Positions 47,284 to 55,237 of a stretch of DNA of 64,000 nt are shown piece after piece. The stretch is from Candidatus Obscuribacteraceae bacterium (lineage in GTDB: Bacteria; Cyanobacteriota; Vampirovibrionia; Obscuribacterales; Obscuribacteraceae). Below the pieces are notes generated by a model. That model was not told the origin of the DNA, made no database searches, and saw only the letters and a program-made list of their open reading frames with translations. How positions within the stretch are numbered: position 1 is the stretch's first letter; each line of letters opens with the position of its first letter. The translations under genes were made by a program, and so were the position numbers. The DNA lies in the NCBI GenBank assembly GCA_044229845.1, contig JBGASG010000006.1, positions 268,102-332,101 of the forward strand, in the 5' to 3' direction.

Positions 47284-49920
47284 ATGCAAACAGGTCAAGC
47301 TCAGCCTCCCGGTGCTGAAGGTTTCGCGGAATCGCGCGTGGTCGATACGGAAAAACTGGTCTCAAAGCTCAATGCCGAGCAACAGCAGGCGGTAACCCAG
47401 AACTGGGGACCGTCATTGATCATTGCCGGCGCCGGCTCCGGCAAGACCACGGTGCTGACGCGACGCATCGGCTACATCATCTCGCAACTCAAACAATCAC
47501 CGGCATCCGTGCTGGCGGTCACCTTCACCAACAAGGCAGCCGCCGAGATGAAAGCTCGCGTGGAAGCCTTGCTGGGAGCCGATATCGCCAAGCGCATCAA
47601 CGTCGGTACTTTTCACTCGATATGTGCGCGACTACTGCGAAGAGATATCCAACACTACACCGGACCGGGCGGTACGACCTGGAAAAGCAACTTCGTCATC
47701 TACGATGAGACCGACACGTCAAATGTCATCAAGGGCGTGGTCACCAAGCTCAATTTGGACGAGAAGGTCTTCTCCCCCAAGGAGATGTATCGATCAATAT
47801 CTGCTTTGAAGAACGACGGCATCTCGGCGCAGAAATTTGCGGCGCGGGCCAAAGACTATCGAGATACACGGATTGCGGAGATATTCACTGCATATCAGGA
47901 GCAACTCTCGAAAAACAACGCGCTTGATTTCGATGATCTAATCCTTGTTTATACGGAATTGTTGAAGCAGAACCAGGAGGTCCGCGAACGCCATCAAAAC
48001 TGGTTCCGGCATCTGCTCGTAGATGAATTCCAGGACACCAACCAATCGCAATATCAATTGGTCAGACTCTTGGCTCCGGACAACAGCGAGGCTAAAACGC
48101 CCGAGGAATTACAGGCGCTCTGGCAGAATCGCACACTGATGGTGGTCGGCGATGTAGACCAATCTATTTATTCATGGCGCAAAGCGGACTTTCGAATTAT
48201 TCTCGGCTTCCAGACAGATTTTGCCAACGCGCAATTGATCAAGCTGGAAGAGAACTATCGCTCCACTTCGACCATTCTGGACGCCGCCAACAGCGTCATC
48301 AAAAACAATGATGAGCGCATCGACAAAGTCTTGCGCTGCAACCGTCAGCAGGGCGGCAAGGTGCGCTGTTATCCGGCGATCGACGAAATCGACGAAGCGC
48401 ACTTTGTGGTCGACGAACTCAAACGCCTGAAAGCCCGGGATCTCAGACTCTCCGGTTGCGTCTTGCTCTACCGAACCAACGCCCAGAGCCGGGCGATTGA
48501 AGAAGTCTTGGTGCGCAGCAATATCCCCTACACAATGGTGGGAGGCACGCGATTTTACGACCGGGCCGAAATTAAGGACATCATGGCGTATCTGCGTCTT
48601 GTCTATAACGCAGCGGATGGTCAGGCATTCAACAGAATCGTCAACAATCCGCGCCGCGGACTCGGAAAAACCACTCTCGATCGCCTGGAGGAATTTGCCG
48701 ATACAGAACGCTGGACGATGGTGAATGCGGCTCACAACGCGCCGCGCATCGCCGGCATCCCAGCCAAACAAGGCAAGGCGCTGCAGGACTTCGCCGTCAG
48801 CGTCGATCGCTGGCGCACCATGTCTGGTGCCATGCCGATCTCGCAACTGGTGGAGATGGTTCTCAAAGAATCAGGCTACATGGACAAAATTGCCGAGGAA
48901 GCCGCTTCTTCGCGCGACGAGCTGGTGCTCAGTCGTATTGAGAACTTGCGCGAATTCGTCAACGTCGCACGCGAGTTCGAAAACCTGGCCGACAATGCCG
49001 ATCTGGAAGGATTCTTGACGCGAATTTCGCTGGTCAGCGATCTCGATTCTCTCAAAGAGAATCAAGACACGGTGAAGCTGATGACCCTGCACTCCGCCAA
49101 GGGGCTGGAGTTTCCCACCGTCTTCTTGATGGGACTGGAGGAAGGGCTTTTCCCGCATGTGCGTTCGCTCAATTCGCCTTCCTCCATGGAAGAGGAAAGA
49201 CGCCTCATGTACGTGGGCATCACCAGAGCGGAAGACCGGCTGTACATCACATACGCGCGCAAACGCAACACGTTCAGCGGCAACTTCAGCGGCACTAACT
49301 ACACCATTCCCAGCCGCTTCCTCGGCGAAATAGCCACCGAATGCATGACCGGCTATACCGCCGATCCGGCAGCCAATTACGACACCACAGGTGGTGCCGG
49401 TGAACGCAGCCGCTATGGCGGCGGCGGCAGTAGTTATGGCGGCGGATATGGCGGCAGTGGTGGCTACGGCAATAGAGGCGGCGGCGGTGGTTACGGCGGT
49501 GGCGGCAATAGCTACGGCAACGGTAGTGGTCACGGCAATAGCGGCAGCTATGGTGGCGGCAGCAGCAACAGCTACAGCGGCAACCGCTCCAACAGCTACG
49601 GCGGCAGTGGAAGCAACAGCAATCGATACAGCGCTCCTAAAGAGTTCGAACAACCGGTCAAAAAGGCTCCCGCCAAACCGCGAGTCCTTTCGCGCTCAGG
49701 CTCGGGAGCGGTCCCGGAAGACCCAAATCGACCGATTTCTCCTCAATCAAATTATGAGCGCCTGAAAGTCGGCGACAAAGTCATGCACGCCAAATTTGGT
49801 GCGGGCGTGGTGTCACAAGTGATTGGTGAAAACGAGAAAGAGCTCTACAACGTCGAGTTTCCAGAAGCCGGCAAGCGCCTTCTCGATCCACGCTTCGCCA
49901 AACTGGTGAAACTGGACTAG
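47284..49920 (+). CDS. pcrA: ATP-dependent DNA helicase PcrA/UvrD
   Basis: AGAGSGKT, DEFQDTN, VGDVDQSIYSWR, YRTNAQSR, TLHSAKGLEF, EEERRLMYVGITRA; C-terminal Tudor-like GDKVMHAKFG. Confidence 0.95.
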   Translation: MQTGQAQPPGAEGFAESRVVDTEKLVSKLNAEQQQAVTQNWGPSLIIAGAGSGKTTVLTRRIGYIISQLKQSPASVLAVTFTNKAAAEMKARVEALLGADIAKRINVGTFHSICARLLRRDIQHYTGPGGTTWKSNFVIYDETDTSNVIKGVVTKLNLDEKVFSPKEMYRSISALKNDGISAQKFAARAKDYRDTRIAEIFTAYQEQLSKNNALDFDDLILVYTELLKQNQEVRERHQNWFRHLLVDEFQDTNQSQYQLVRLLAPDNSEAKTPEELQALWQNRTLMVVGDVDQSIYSWRKADFRIILGFQTDFANAQLIKLEENYRSTSTILDAANSVIKNNDERIDKVLRCNRQQGGKVRCYPAIDEIDEAHFVVDELKRLKARDLRLSGCVLLYRTNAQSRAIEEVLVRSNIPYTMVGGTRFYDRAEIKDIMAYLRLVYNAADGQAFNRIVNNPRRGLGKTTLDRLEEFADTERWTMVNAAHNAPRIAGIPAKQGKALQDFAVSVDRWRTMSGAMPISQLVEMVLKESGYMDKIAEEAASSRDELVLSRIENLREFVNVAREFENLADNADLEGFLTRISLVSDLDSLKENQDTVKLMTLHSAKGLEFPTVFLMGLEEGLFPHVRSLNSPSSMEEERRLMYVGITRAEDRLYITYARKRNTFSGNFSGTNYTIPSRFLGEIATECMTGYTADPAANYDTTGGAGERSRYGGGGSSYGGGYGGSGGYGNRGGGGGYGGGGNSYGNGSGHGNSGSYGGGSSNSYSGNRSNSYGGSGSNSNRYSAPKEFEQPVKKAPAKPRVLSRSGSGAVPEDPNRPISPQSNYERLKVGDKVMHAKFGAGVVSQVIGENEKELYNVEFPEAGKRLLDPRFAKLVKLD

Positions 49921-50036
49921 CCCCGCTTCTTGGCAATTGAGCGCGGTTACAACTGCTTGAGCACGCACTAGCGCGCGTGTTAGCTTACGCAACCCCGCTC
50001 CAACCAATTACTGACATCGAAACAGGAGACAACATC

Positions 50037-50498
50037 GTGGCAGAACTGCAGAGAACTTTCGTAGCGATTAAGCCGGACGGCGTGCAACGCGGATTGATTG
50101 GCGAAATAGTTTCGCGGTTCGAACGTCGCGGCTTGAAAGTCGTGGCCATGAAATTCATGACGGTGCCGAAAGAACTGGCAGAGACGCACTACGGTGAGCA
50201 CAAAGGCAAACCCTTTTACGAGGGGCTCGTCAACTACATCATCTCCGGGCCGATTGTGGCTATGGTGCTGGAAGGCAAGGATGCAGTGACACTGGGACGC
50301 AACGTCATTGGCGCCACCAATCCGGCAAATGCTGCACCAGGCACCATCCGTGGAGATCTGGCAGTAGAAATCGGGCGCAATCTGGTGCACGGCTCCGACG
50401 GACCCGAGTCGGCGAAGCGCGAAGTCGGGATTTTCTTCAAAGACAATGAAATCTCGTCGGGCTGGGATCGCTCCACCGATAAATGGATCAGCGAATAG
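50037..50498 (+). CDS. ndk: Nucleoside diphosphate kinase
   Basis: RTFVAIKPDGVQRGL, PGTIRGD, NLVHGSD; AGGAG RBS before GTG 50037. Confidence 0.97.
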   Translation: MAELQRTFVAIKPDGVQRGLIGEIVSRFERRGLKVVAMKFMTVPKELAETHYGEHKGKPFYEGLVNYIISGPIVAMVLEGKDAVTLGRNVIGATNPANAAPGTIRGDLAVEIGRNLVHGSDGPESAKREVGIFFKDNEISSGWDRSTDKWISE

Positions 50499-50769
50499 GT
50501 CCTGACCAATGAGTGCTGCAAGTCTCTCCGTTTACGGCGAGGAATGATAGCAACGCTTGCTCCGCCGGCGGTGCAAGACCAATTTGCATTCTGGGGAATG
50601 CGTATGCTATACGTATGTATAGTTCCCGCAGAACCAAGTTGGGGACTGCAGGGCGGAACCCACCGTGTCGGCGTCCATCTCGGACTCCCAGCCGGAATCC
50701 CCTTTCCAGGAAGGGGAGGAGGTCAATTCGATATCCTATATATACGGGATTAAAAGAGAGGTCTGGTCC

Positions 50770-51141
50770 ATGGATGTTTTCCGCAAGATCGAGAAGCAGC
50801 TTGACTGGAAGAAGGTTAAAGTGATCGGCGGAGACCTGGAAGCTGGCGCCTGGGACTTTGCCGGCGACTCCATAGTGCTCAATCCCTTCACGACTGTCGT
50901 CTTGCAGTCGAACATCAAAGATTTGAAGGTGCAAACGGAGCAGTCCATGAAAGACCTGCCCAAAACGGTCGGCATGACCCTGGCTGGTTCGTTGTTCGGA
51001 CCCCTGGGGGCAATGGCCGGATTCATCGCCGCCGGGCACAAGAAAGAGATCTGCCTGCTTTGCGAGTTGAAAGACGGTCGCAAGTTCCTCGCCATCATGG
51101 ATAACCGCGTCTATCAGCAATTTCTGGCCTTGTCGCTCTAG
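50770..51141 (+). CDS. Hypothetical protein with a glycine-zipper-like segment
   Basis: GAGG RBS before ATG 50770; AGSLFGPLGAMAGFIAAG...ELKDGRKFLA. Confidence 0.7.
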   Translation: MDVFRKIEKQLDWKKVKVIGGDLEAGAWDFAGDSIVLNPFTTVVLQSNIKDLKVQTEQSMKDLPKTVGMTLAGSLFGPLGAMAGFIAAGHKKEICLLCELKDGRKFLAIMDNRVYQQFLALSL

Positions 51142-52259
51142 GCGCGCCAGGCACCGCTGACGTGACTTCTAATCTCCGCATGCACCTGCTCGGCCGGTAG
51201 GTCTTTCAGGCAGGCAATGGTGCCCAGGGGACAGCGCTTCTGGTGGCACGGCTGGCAGGTCAGCCCCAGCGCCACCGCCCGCGTCTGGGGACCGAAGGGA
51301 CCGTTGCGCCCCGGGGGTGTGGAGCCATAAACTCCCACCACCGGCACGCCGCCCACCGCAGTCGCCAGGTGCATGGGTCCGGTGTCGGCACCAACCACCA
51401 GATTGGTGCGCTTAAACAGAGCAATCAGGTCCAGCAACGAGGTCTTTTCGGTCAAATTAATGAAGCCGCCAGCGGTGGCGCGCTTGCCGAACTCGCTCTC
51501 GATGTAGGCATTGGTGAGGGTTTCAGCCGGTCCGCCGATGACCGCCAGCCTGTAACCGTCCTCGGTGGCAAGCTTAATTGCCAGCTCCGCCCACTTTTCT
51601 CGCGGCCAGATTTTAGTATTCCAGGTGGTGCCGGGGATTAGCACCGCAAGCGGTGCTTCAGGACGCACCACCGCCAACCAATTCTCAACGCGGTCTAAGC
51701 TTTCCTGAGGCGGAGCCGGGAGAGGAAACACTGCCGGGTGCTGGCTTCCAAGCTCTGGTGGCTTCTCTGGTGCATACCCCAGGCGGTGGCACATCTGGTG
51801 TGCCAGTTTTAGATTGAGGCTAATGACATGTTGTCCATAACCAAAATAGTCACCAACATCGATGGCATCCGTGAGCAGCCGATCCGCACCTTCCCTGGTG
51901 CCACGAAACCCGAAACGCCGCGGCGCGCCGGATGCCACCGCTAATAGGGCGCTTTTCAATAATCCCTGCAAGTCGAGCGCAGCCGTAAACCCTGCCTGCT
52001 GGAGGGTTTTATGAAAACCGGCGACACCAGAGGCGGTTTCATACCAGAGGGTCGGATTAGCGAGCCCGGACTGCCACTTTTTCTTGGGAAAGACGATCAC
52101 CTGATCGACGGCCGGATTGTTTAAAACGAGCGGTGCCGCCGGCGGTTCCACCAGCCAGGTGATGCGGGCACCGGGGATGGTTTCCTTCAGAAACGCCGCT
52201 ACCGGGAGACCGTGAACAACGTCTCCGAGGGCGCTAAGTCTGATAAGCAGAATGTCCAC
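51138..52259 (-). CDS. Glycosyltransferase family 9 (WaaC/WaaF-like heptosyltransferase)
   Basis: ILLIRLSALGDVVH, DLQGLLKSA, DTGPMHLA, CQPC...CP....CL. Confidence 0.9.
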   Translation of the reverse strand: MDILLIRLSALGDVVHGLPVAAFLKETIPGARITWLVEPPAAPLVLNNPAVDQVIVFPKKKWQSGLANPTLWYETASGVAGFHKTLQQAGFTAALDLQGLLKSALLAVASGAPRRFGFRGTREGADRLLTDAIDVGDYFGYGQHVISLNLKLAHQMCHRLGYAPEKPPELGSQHPAVFPLPAPPQESLDRVENWLAVVRPEAPLAVLIPGTTWNTKIWPREKWAELAIKLATEDGYRLAVIGGPAETLTNAYIESEFGKRATAGGFINLTEKTSLLDLIALFKRTNLVVGADTGPMHLATAVGGVPVVGVYGSTPPGRNGPFGPQTRAVALGLTCQPCHQKRCPLGTIACLKDLPAEQVHAEIRSHVSGAWRA

Positions 52260-52441
52260 CAGCCGCCTTCTCAGCGATTTTCCAGATTAAACTTTTGCAT
52301 AACCAAGGGTGATACCAGCCATTAAACGCGGTGCGCACCAGCGGTGGGGCGCATTTCCGGGAAATCCGCATTGCGAGCAGATTTTTTTTGGCAATGTATA
52401 TCCAAGAGATCTCCGGGGTATAAGCTTTGATAGAATGATTA

Positions 52442-52622
52442 TGCCACTTACAGTGGTGTTAGGTGGCAGATCATAAAACCGAACCCGAGAGGACCACATT
52501 CTTGAGTCCTGGCGGTTCGTCGCCTTGTTCTGAAAACTGCAAAGAATTCAGAACACTGAGAAGAAACTACCACGACGAACTCAAAACAGACTCAATCGAC
52601 GGTTCACACAAAGGAGAGAAAC
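52442..52622 (+). promoter_or_regulatory. Structured ~180-nt 5' leader
   Basis: TGaTAGAAT extended -10 at 52428-52436; three hairpins; AAGGAG RBS. Confidence 0.5.
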
Positions 52623-52916
52623 ATGGCAATGAAGAAAGCTGCTAAGGCTAAAGCGAAGCCGGCGGCCAAACCAGCGAAAAAAGCTCCGGCCAAGAAAGCC
52701 GCCGCTCGCAAGTCCTCGAGCACCCGCGCTGCTGCGAAAACTACCCCCCGCGCCAGCGGTGGCAGCTTCGAAACATTCAGCGGCAAATTCACCGTCCGCC
52801 TGCCCCGTTCTCTGCACCAAGCATTGGTTGACAGAGCCGAGCGCGAAGGCGTCAGCTTGAACCTGTTCGTAACCAACGCACTTTCTCGCGAAGTCGCGGC
52901 CAAGGGCAGAAAGTAA
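52623..52916 (+). CDS. Histone-H1-like K/A/P-rich tail fused to a HicB-type ribbon-helix-helix domain
   Basis: MKKAAKAKAKPAAKPAKKAPAKKAAARK followed by FSGKFTVRLPRSLHQALVDRAEREGVSLNLFV. Confidence 0.85.
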   Translation: MAMKKAAKAKAKPAAKPAKKAPAKKAAARKSSSTRAAAKTTPRASGGSFETFSGKFTVRLPRSLHQALVDRAEREGVSLNLFVTNALSREVAAKGRK

Positions 52917-52940
52917 GCTATTAGTCTTAGTTTGCAACTC

Positions 52941-52976
52941 GCAAAAAAACGGGACCCGAAAGGGTCCCGTTTTTGC
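52941..52976 (+). terminator. Intrinsic terminator (bidirectional form)
   Basis: AAAAAAACGGGACCC-GAAA-GGGTCCCGTTTTT. Confidence 0.9.
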
Positions 52977-53224
52977 CTTGCCTGACCGCCGCCCGCCCTC
53001 ACTGTATATACAGTCGCAATAAATTAATCGACGCTAACCGAGCCGCGCCGGTTTCTCATCTCAAGCGGCAAGTGCCCGCCAGACTTCCTGCACGGCGTTT
53101 TGCCCGCCCCGAAAGGCTTTTCATCCGGGTCGCCGCGGGGGCAACCTTATATTTGCAGCCTTGGAGAGCAGCTGCGGCGGGCGTAGACTTCCTTGTCATG
53201 CGAATTTTTTCGCACATGTCAAGG

Positions 53225-54445
53225 ATGGAGACGCAAACCGTGACCCGAAAGCAAGTGCCACTGCTGGATCTCAAACGTCAGTACAAGCAAATTGGTGATC
53301 AGCTGGAGAAAAACGTTCTCAGCGTGCTGCGCAGCGGTAACTACATACTCGGGGACTGGGTTCACAGGCTGGAGACCTCGGTGGCCGATATCTGCGGCAC
53401 CAGGCACGGTGTCGCCGTCGCCAACGGCACCGACGCCCTCATCCTGGCTCTCTGGGCACTGAACATTGGACCCGACGACGAGGTCATCACTCCCGCGTTC
53501 ACGTTCGCCGCCACCGCTGAAGCGATTGCTCTGCGCGGCGCCAAAGTCGTCTTCGTCGACGTCGACCCGATTACTTTCAACATGGACCCCGCCAAACTGG
53601 AAGCCGCCGTCACCGACCGCACCGCGGCCATCATCCCGGTGCACCTGTACGGACAACCGGCCGACATGGGTCCAATTATGCACGTAGCCCGCAAACACAA
53701 CTTGCGCGTCATCGAAGACAACGCTCAGGCAATCGGCGCCACCTACCGGGGACGTCCGACAGGTTCGTTCGGCGACCTGGCGTGCATCAGTTTCTATCCG
53801 ACCAAAAATCTTGGTGCCGCGGGTGATGCCGGCATGGTAGTCACCAGCAACGATGCCATCGCCGAGAGATTGCGGCGCCTGCGTGCACACGGTTCGCACA
53901 AGCGGTACTACCACGACGAACTGGGCGTCAACAGCCGCCTGGACGAAGTACAAGCAGCGGTGCTCATGGCTAAGGTGGAACACCTGGCCGACTGGAACCT
54001 CAAACGCAATGATGCAGCCAATCTCTATCTGCGTCTTTTGAAACACTGCCCATCGGTGGTAGCGCCGAACGTCATGCCGCATTCCACACATGTCTGGCAC
54101 CAGTTCACCGTGCGCTTGATCAACAACCCCAACAACCCTGGAGCAGAACTTCTGCGCGACGTGGTGGCACGTCAACTGACAGAGCGCGGTATCGGCAACA
54201 TGATTTATTACCCGGTGCCCTTGCACCAACAGGAAGCCTTCCGGTCTGCCGATTACAAGACTGGCGATTTCCCGATCTCGGAACAGCTGGCTAAAGAAGT
54301 ACTTTCGCTGCCCATGTACCCGGAAATCACCCAGAACGAAGTGCAGACCGTCGTTCACGCCCTGACGGAAGCATTGACCTCGGAAGTGCCGTCACTGGTC
54401 CCGGTGTCGGCAGTGACTTCCAAGAAATCTGCAAAGGAAAAGTAA
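53225..54445 (+). CDS. DegT/DnrJ/EryC1/StrS sugar aminotransferase
   Basis: VPLLDLKRQY, VANGTDAL, VHLYGQ, EDNAQA, SFYPTKNLG, NSRLDEVQAA. Confidence 0.93.
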   Translation: METQTVTRKQVPLLDLKRQYKQIGDQLEKNVLSVLRSGNYILGDWVHRLETSVADICGTRHGVAVANGTDALILALWALNIGPDDEVITPAFTFAATAEAIALRGAKVVFVDVDPITFNMDPAKLEAAVTDRTAAIIPVHLYGQPADMGPIMHVARKHNLRVIEDNAQAIGATYRGRPTGSFGDLACISFYPTKNLGAAGDAGMVVTSNDAIAERLRRLRAHGSHKRYYHDELGVNSRLDEVQAAVLMAKVEHLADWNLKRNDAANLYLRLLKHCPSVVAPNVMPHSTHVWHQFTVRLINNPNNPGAELLRDVVARQLTERGIGNMIYYPVPLHQQEAFRSADYKTGDFPISEQLAKEVLSLPMYPEITQNEVQTVVHALTEALTSEVPSLVPVSAVTSKKSAKEK

Positions 54446-55237
54446 GTGACTGCGCGATTGACTAACAGTAACAACGTTTCGCCTTCGGCGCGCATCGGCA
54501 ACAACGTCAAGATTGCCCCTGATGCGATCATTATGGATGGCGTGGAAATCGGTGATGATTCGATAGTCGAACCCGGTGCCGTCCTCTACGAAAACGTCAA
54601 GCTGGGCAAGAATTGTTTCGTCGGCGCCCAGTGCATCCTGGGAGAACGGCTCGCCAACTTCCGCGACAGCGACTATGTCAATCCGCCACTGACAATCGGT
54701 GACAACAGCACGGTGCGCTCCGGTACGATTATCTACGCCGATTGCAGCATGGGCGTAAACTTCCAGACCGGTCACCGCGCTATCATCCGCGAGAGCAGCC
54801 GCTTCGGCAACAACTGTAGTTTCGGCACTCTCTCCCAATCGGATGGACACATCCAGATTGCAGACAACTGCCGCTTTCACAACAATGTATTCATCGCCAC
54901 ATTCACAACCTGCGAAGAAAACGTTCACTTCTATCCGATGTCCTGCACCGTGGACAGTCTGCATCCGCCCTGCCAAAAGGGCCGCGAAGGTCCTTATCTG
55001 GAGCGCAACGTCACCGTCGGAGCCAAAGTTCTGATTTTGCCTCGCGTGCGAGTCGGACAGGGAGCCGTTCTAGCGGGAGCGTCGGTTGTGACGCACGAAG
55101 TACCACCAAATATGGTGGTGGCCGGAGCGCCGGCGCGCGTCATCAAGAACAAACAAGAGGTTCGTTGCCACCTCGAAGACAGGCCCGCCTATGACGTGGC
55201 AATGGAGTCTTTGGAATGTCAGGACGCGCACAAATAG
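54446..55237 (+). CDS. Hexapeptide-repeat (left-handed beta-helix) N-acyltransferase
   Basis: Hexapeptide repeats; VVAGAPARVI. Confidence 0.88.
   Translation: MTARLTNSNNVSPSARIGNNVKIAPDAIIMDGVEIGDDSIVEPGAVLYENVKLGKNCFVGAQCILGERLANFRDSDYVNPPLTIGDNSTVRSGTIIYADCSMGVNFQTGHRAIIRESSRFGNNCSFGTLSQSDGHIQIADNCRFHNNVFIATFTTCEENVHFYPMSCTVDSLHPPCQKGREGPYLERNVTVGAKVLILPRVRVGQGAVLAGASVVTHEVPPNMVVAGAPARVIKNKQEVRCHLEDRPAYDVAMESLECQDAHK

Noticed and set aside
52623..52916. HicAB toxin-antitoxin module
   Set aside because: No hicA-like ORF is adjacent and the toxin-binding domain is missing.
53001..53014. E. coli-type LexA box
   Set aside because: CTGT and ACAG are separated by 4 nt rather than 8.
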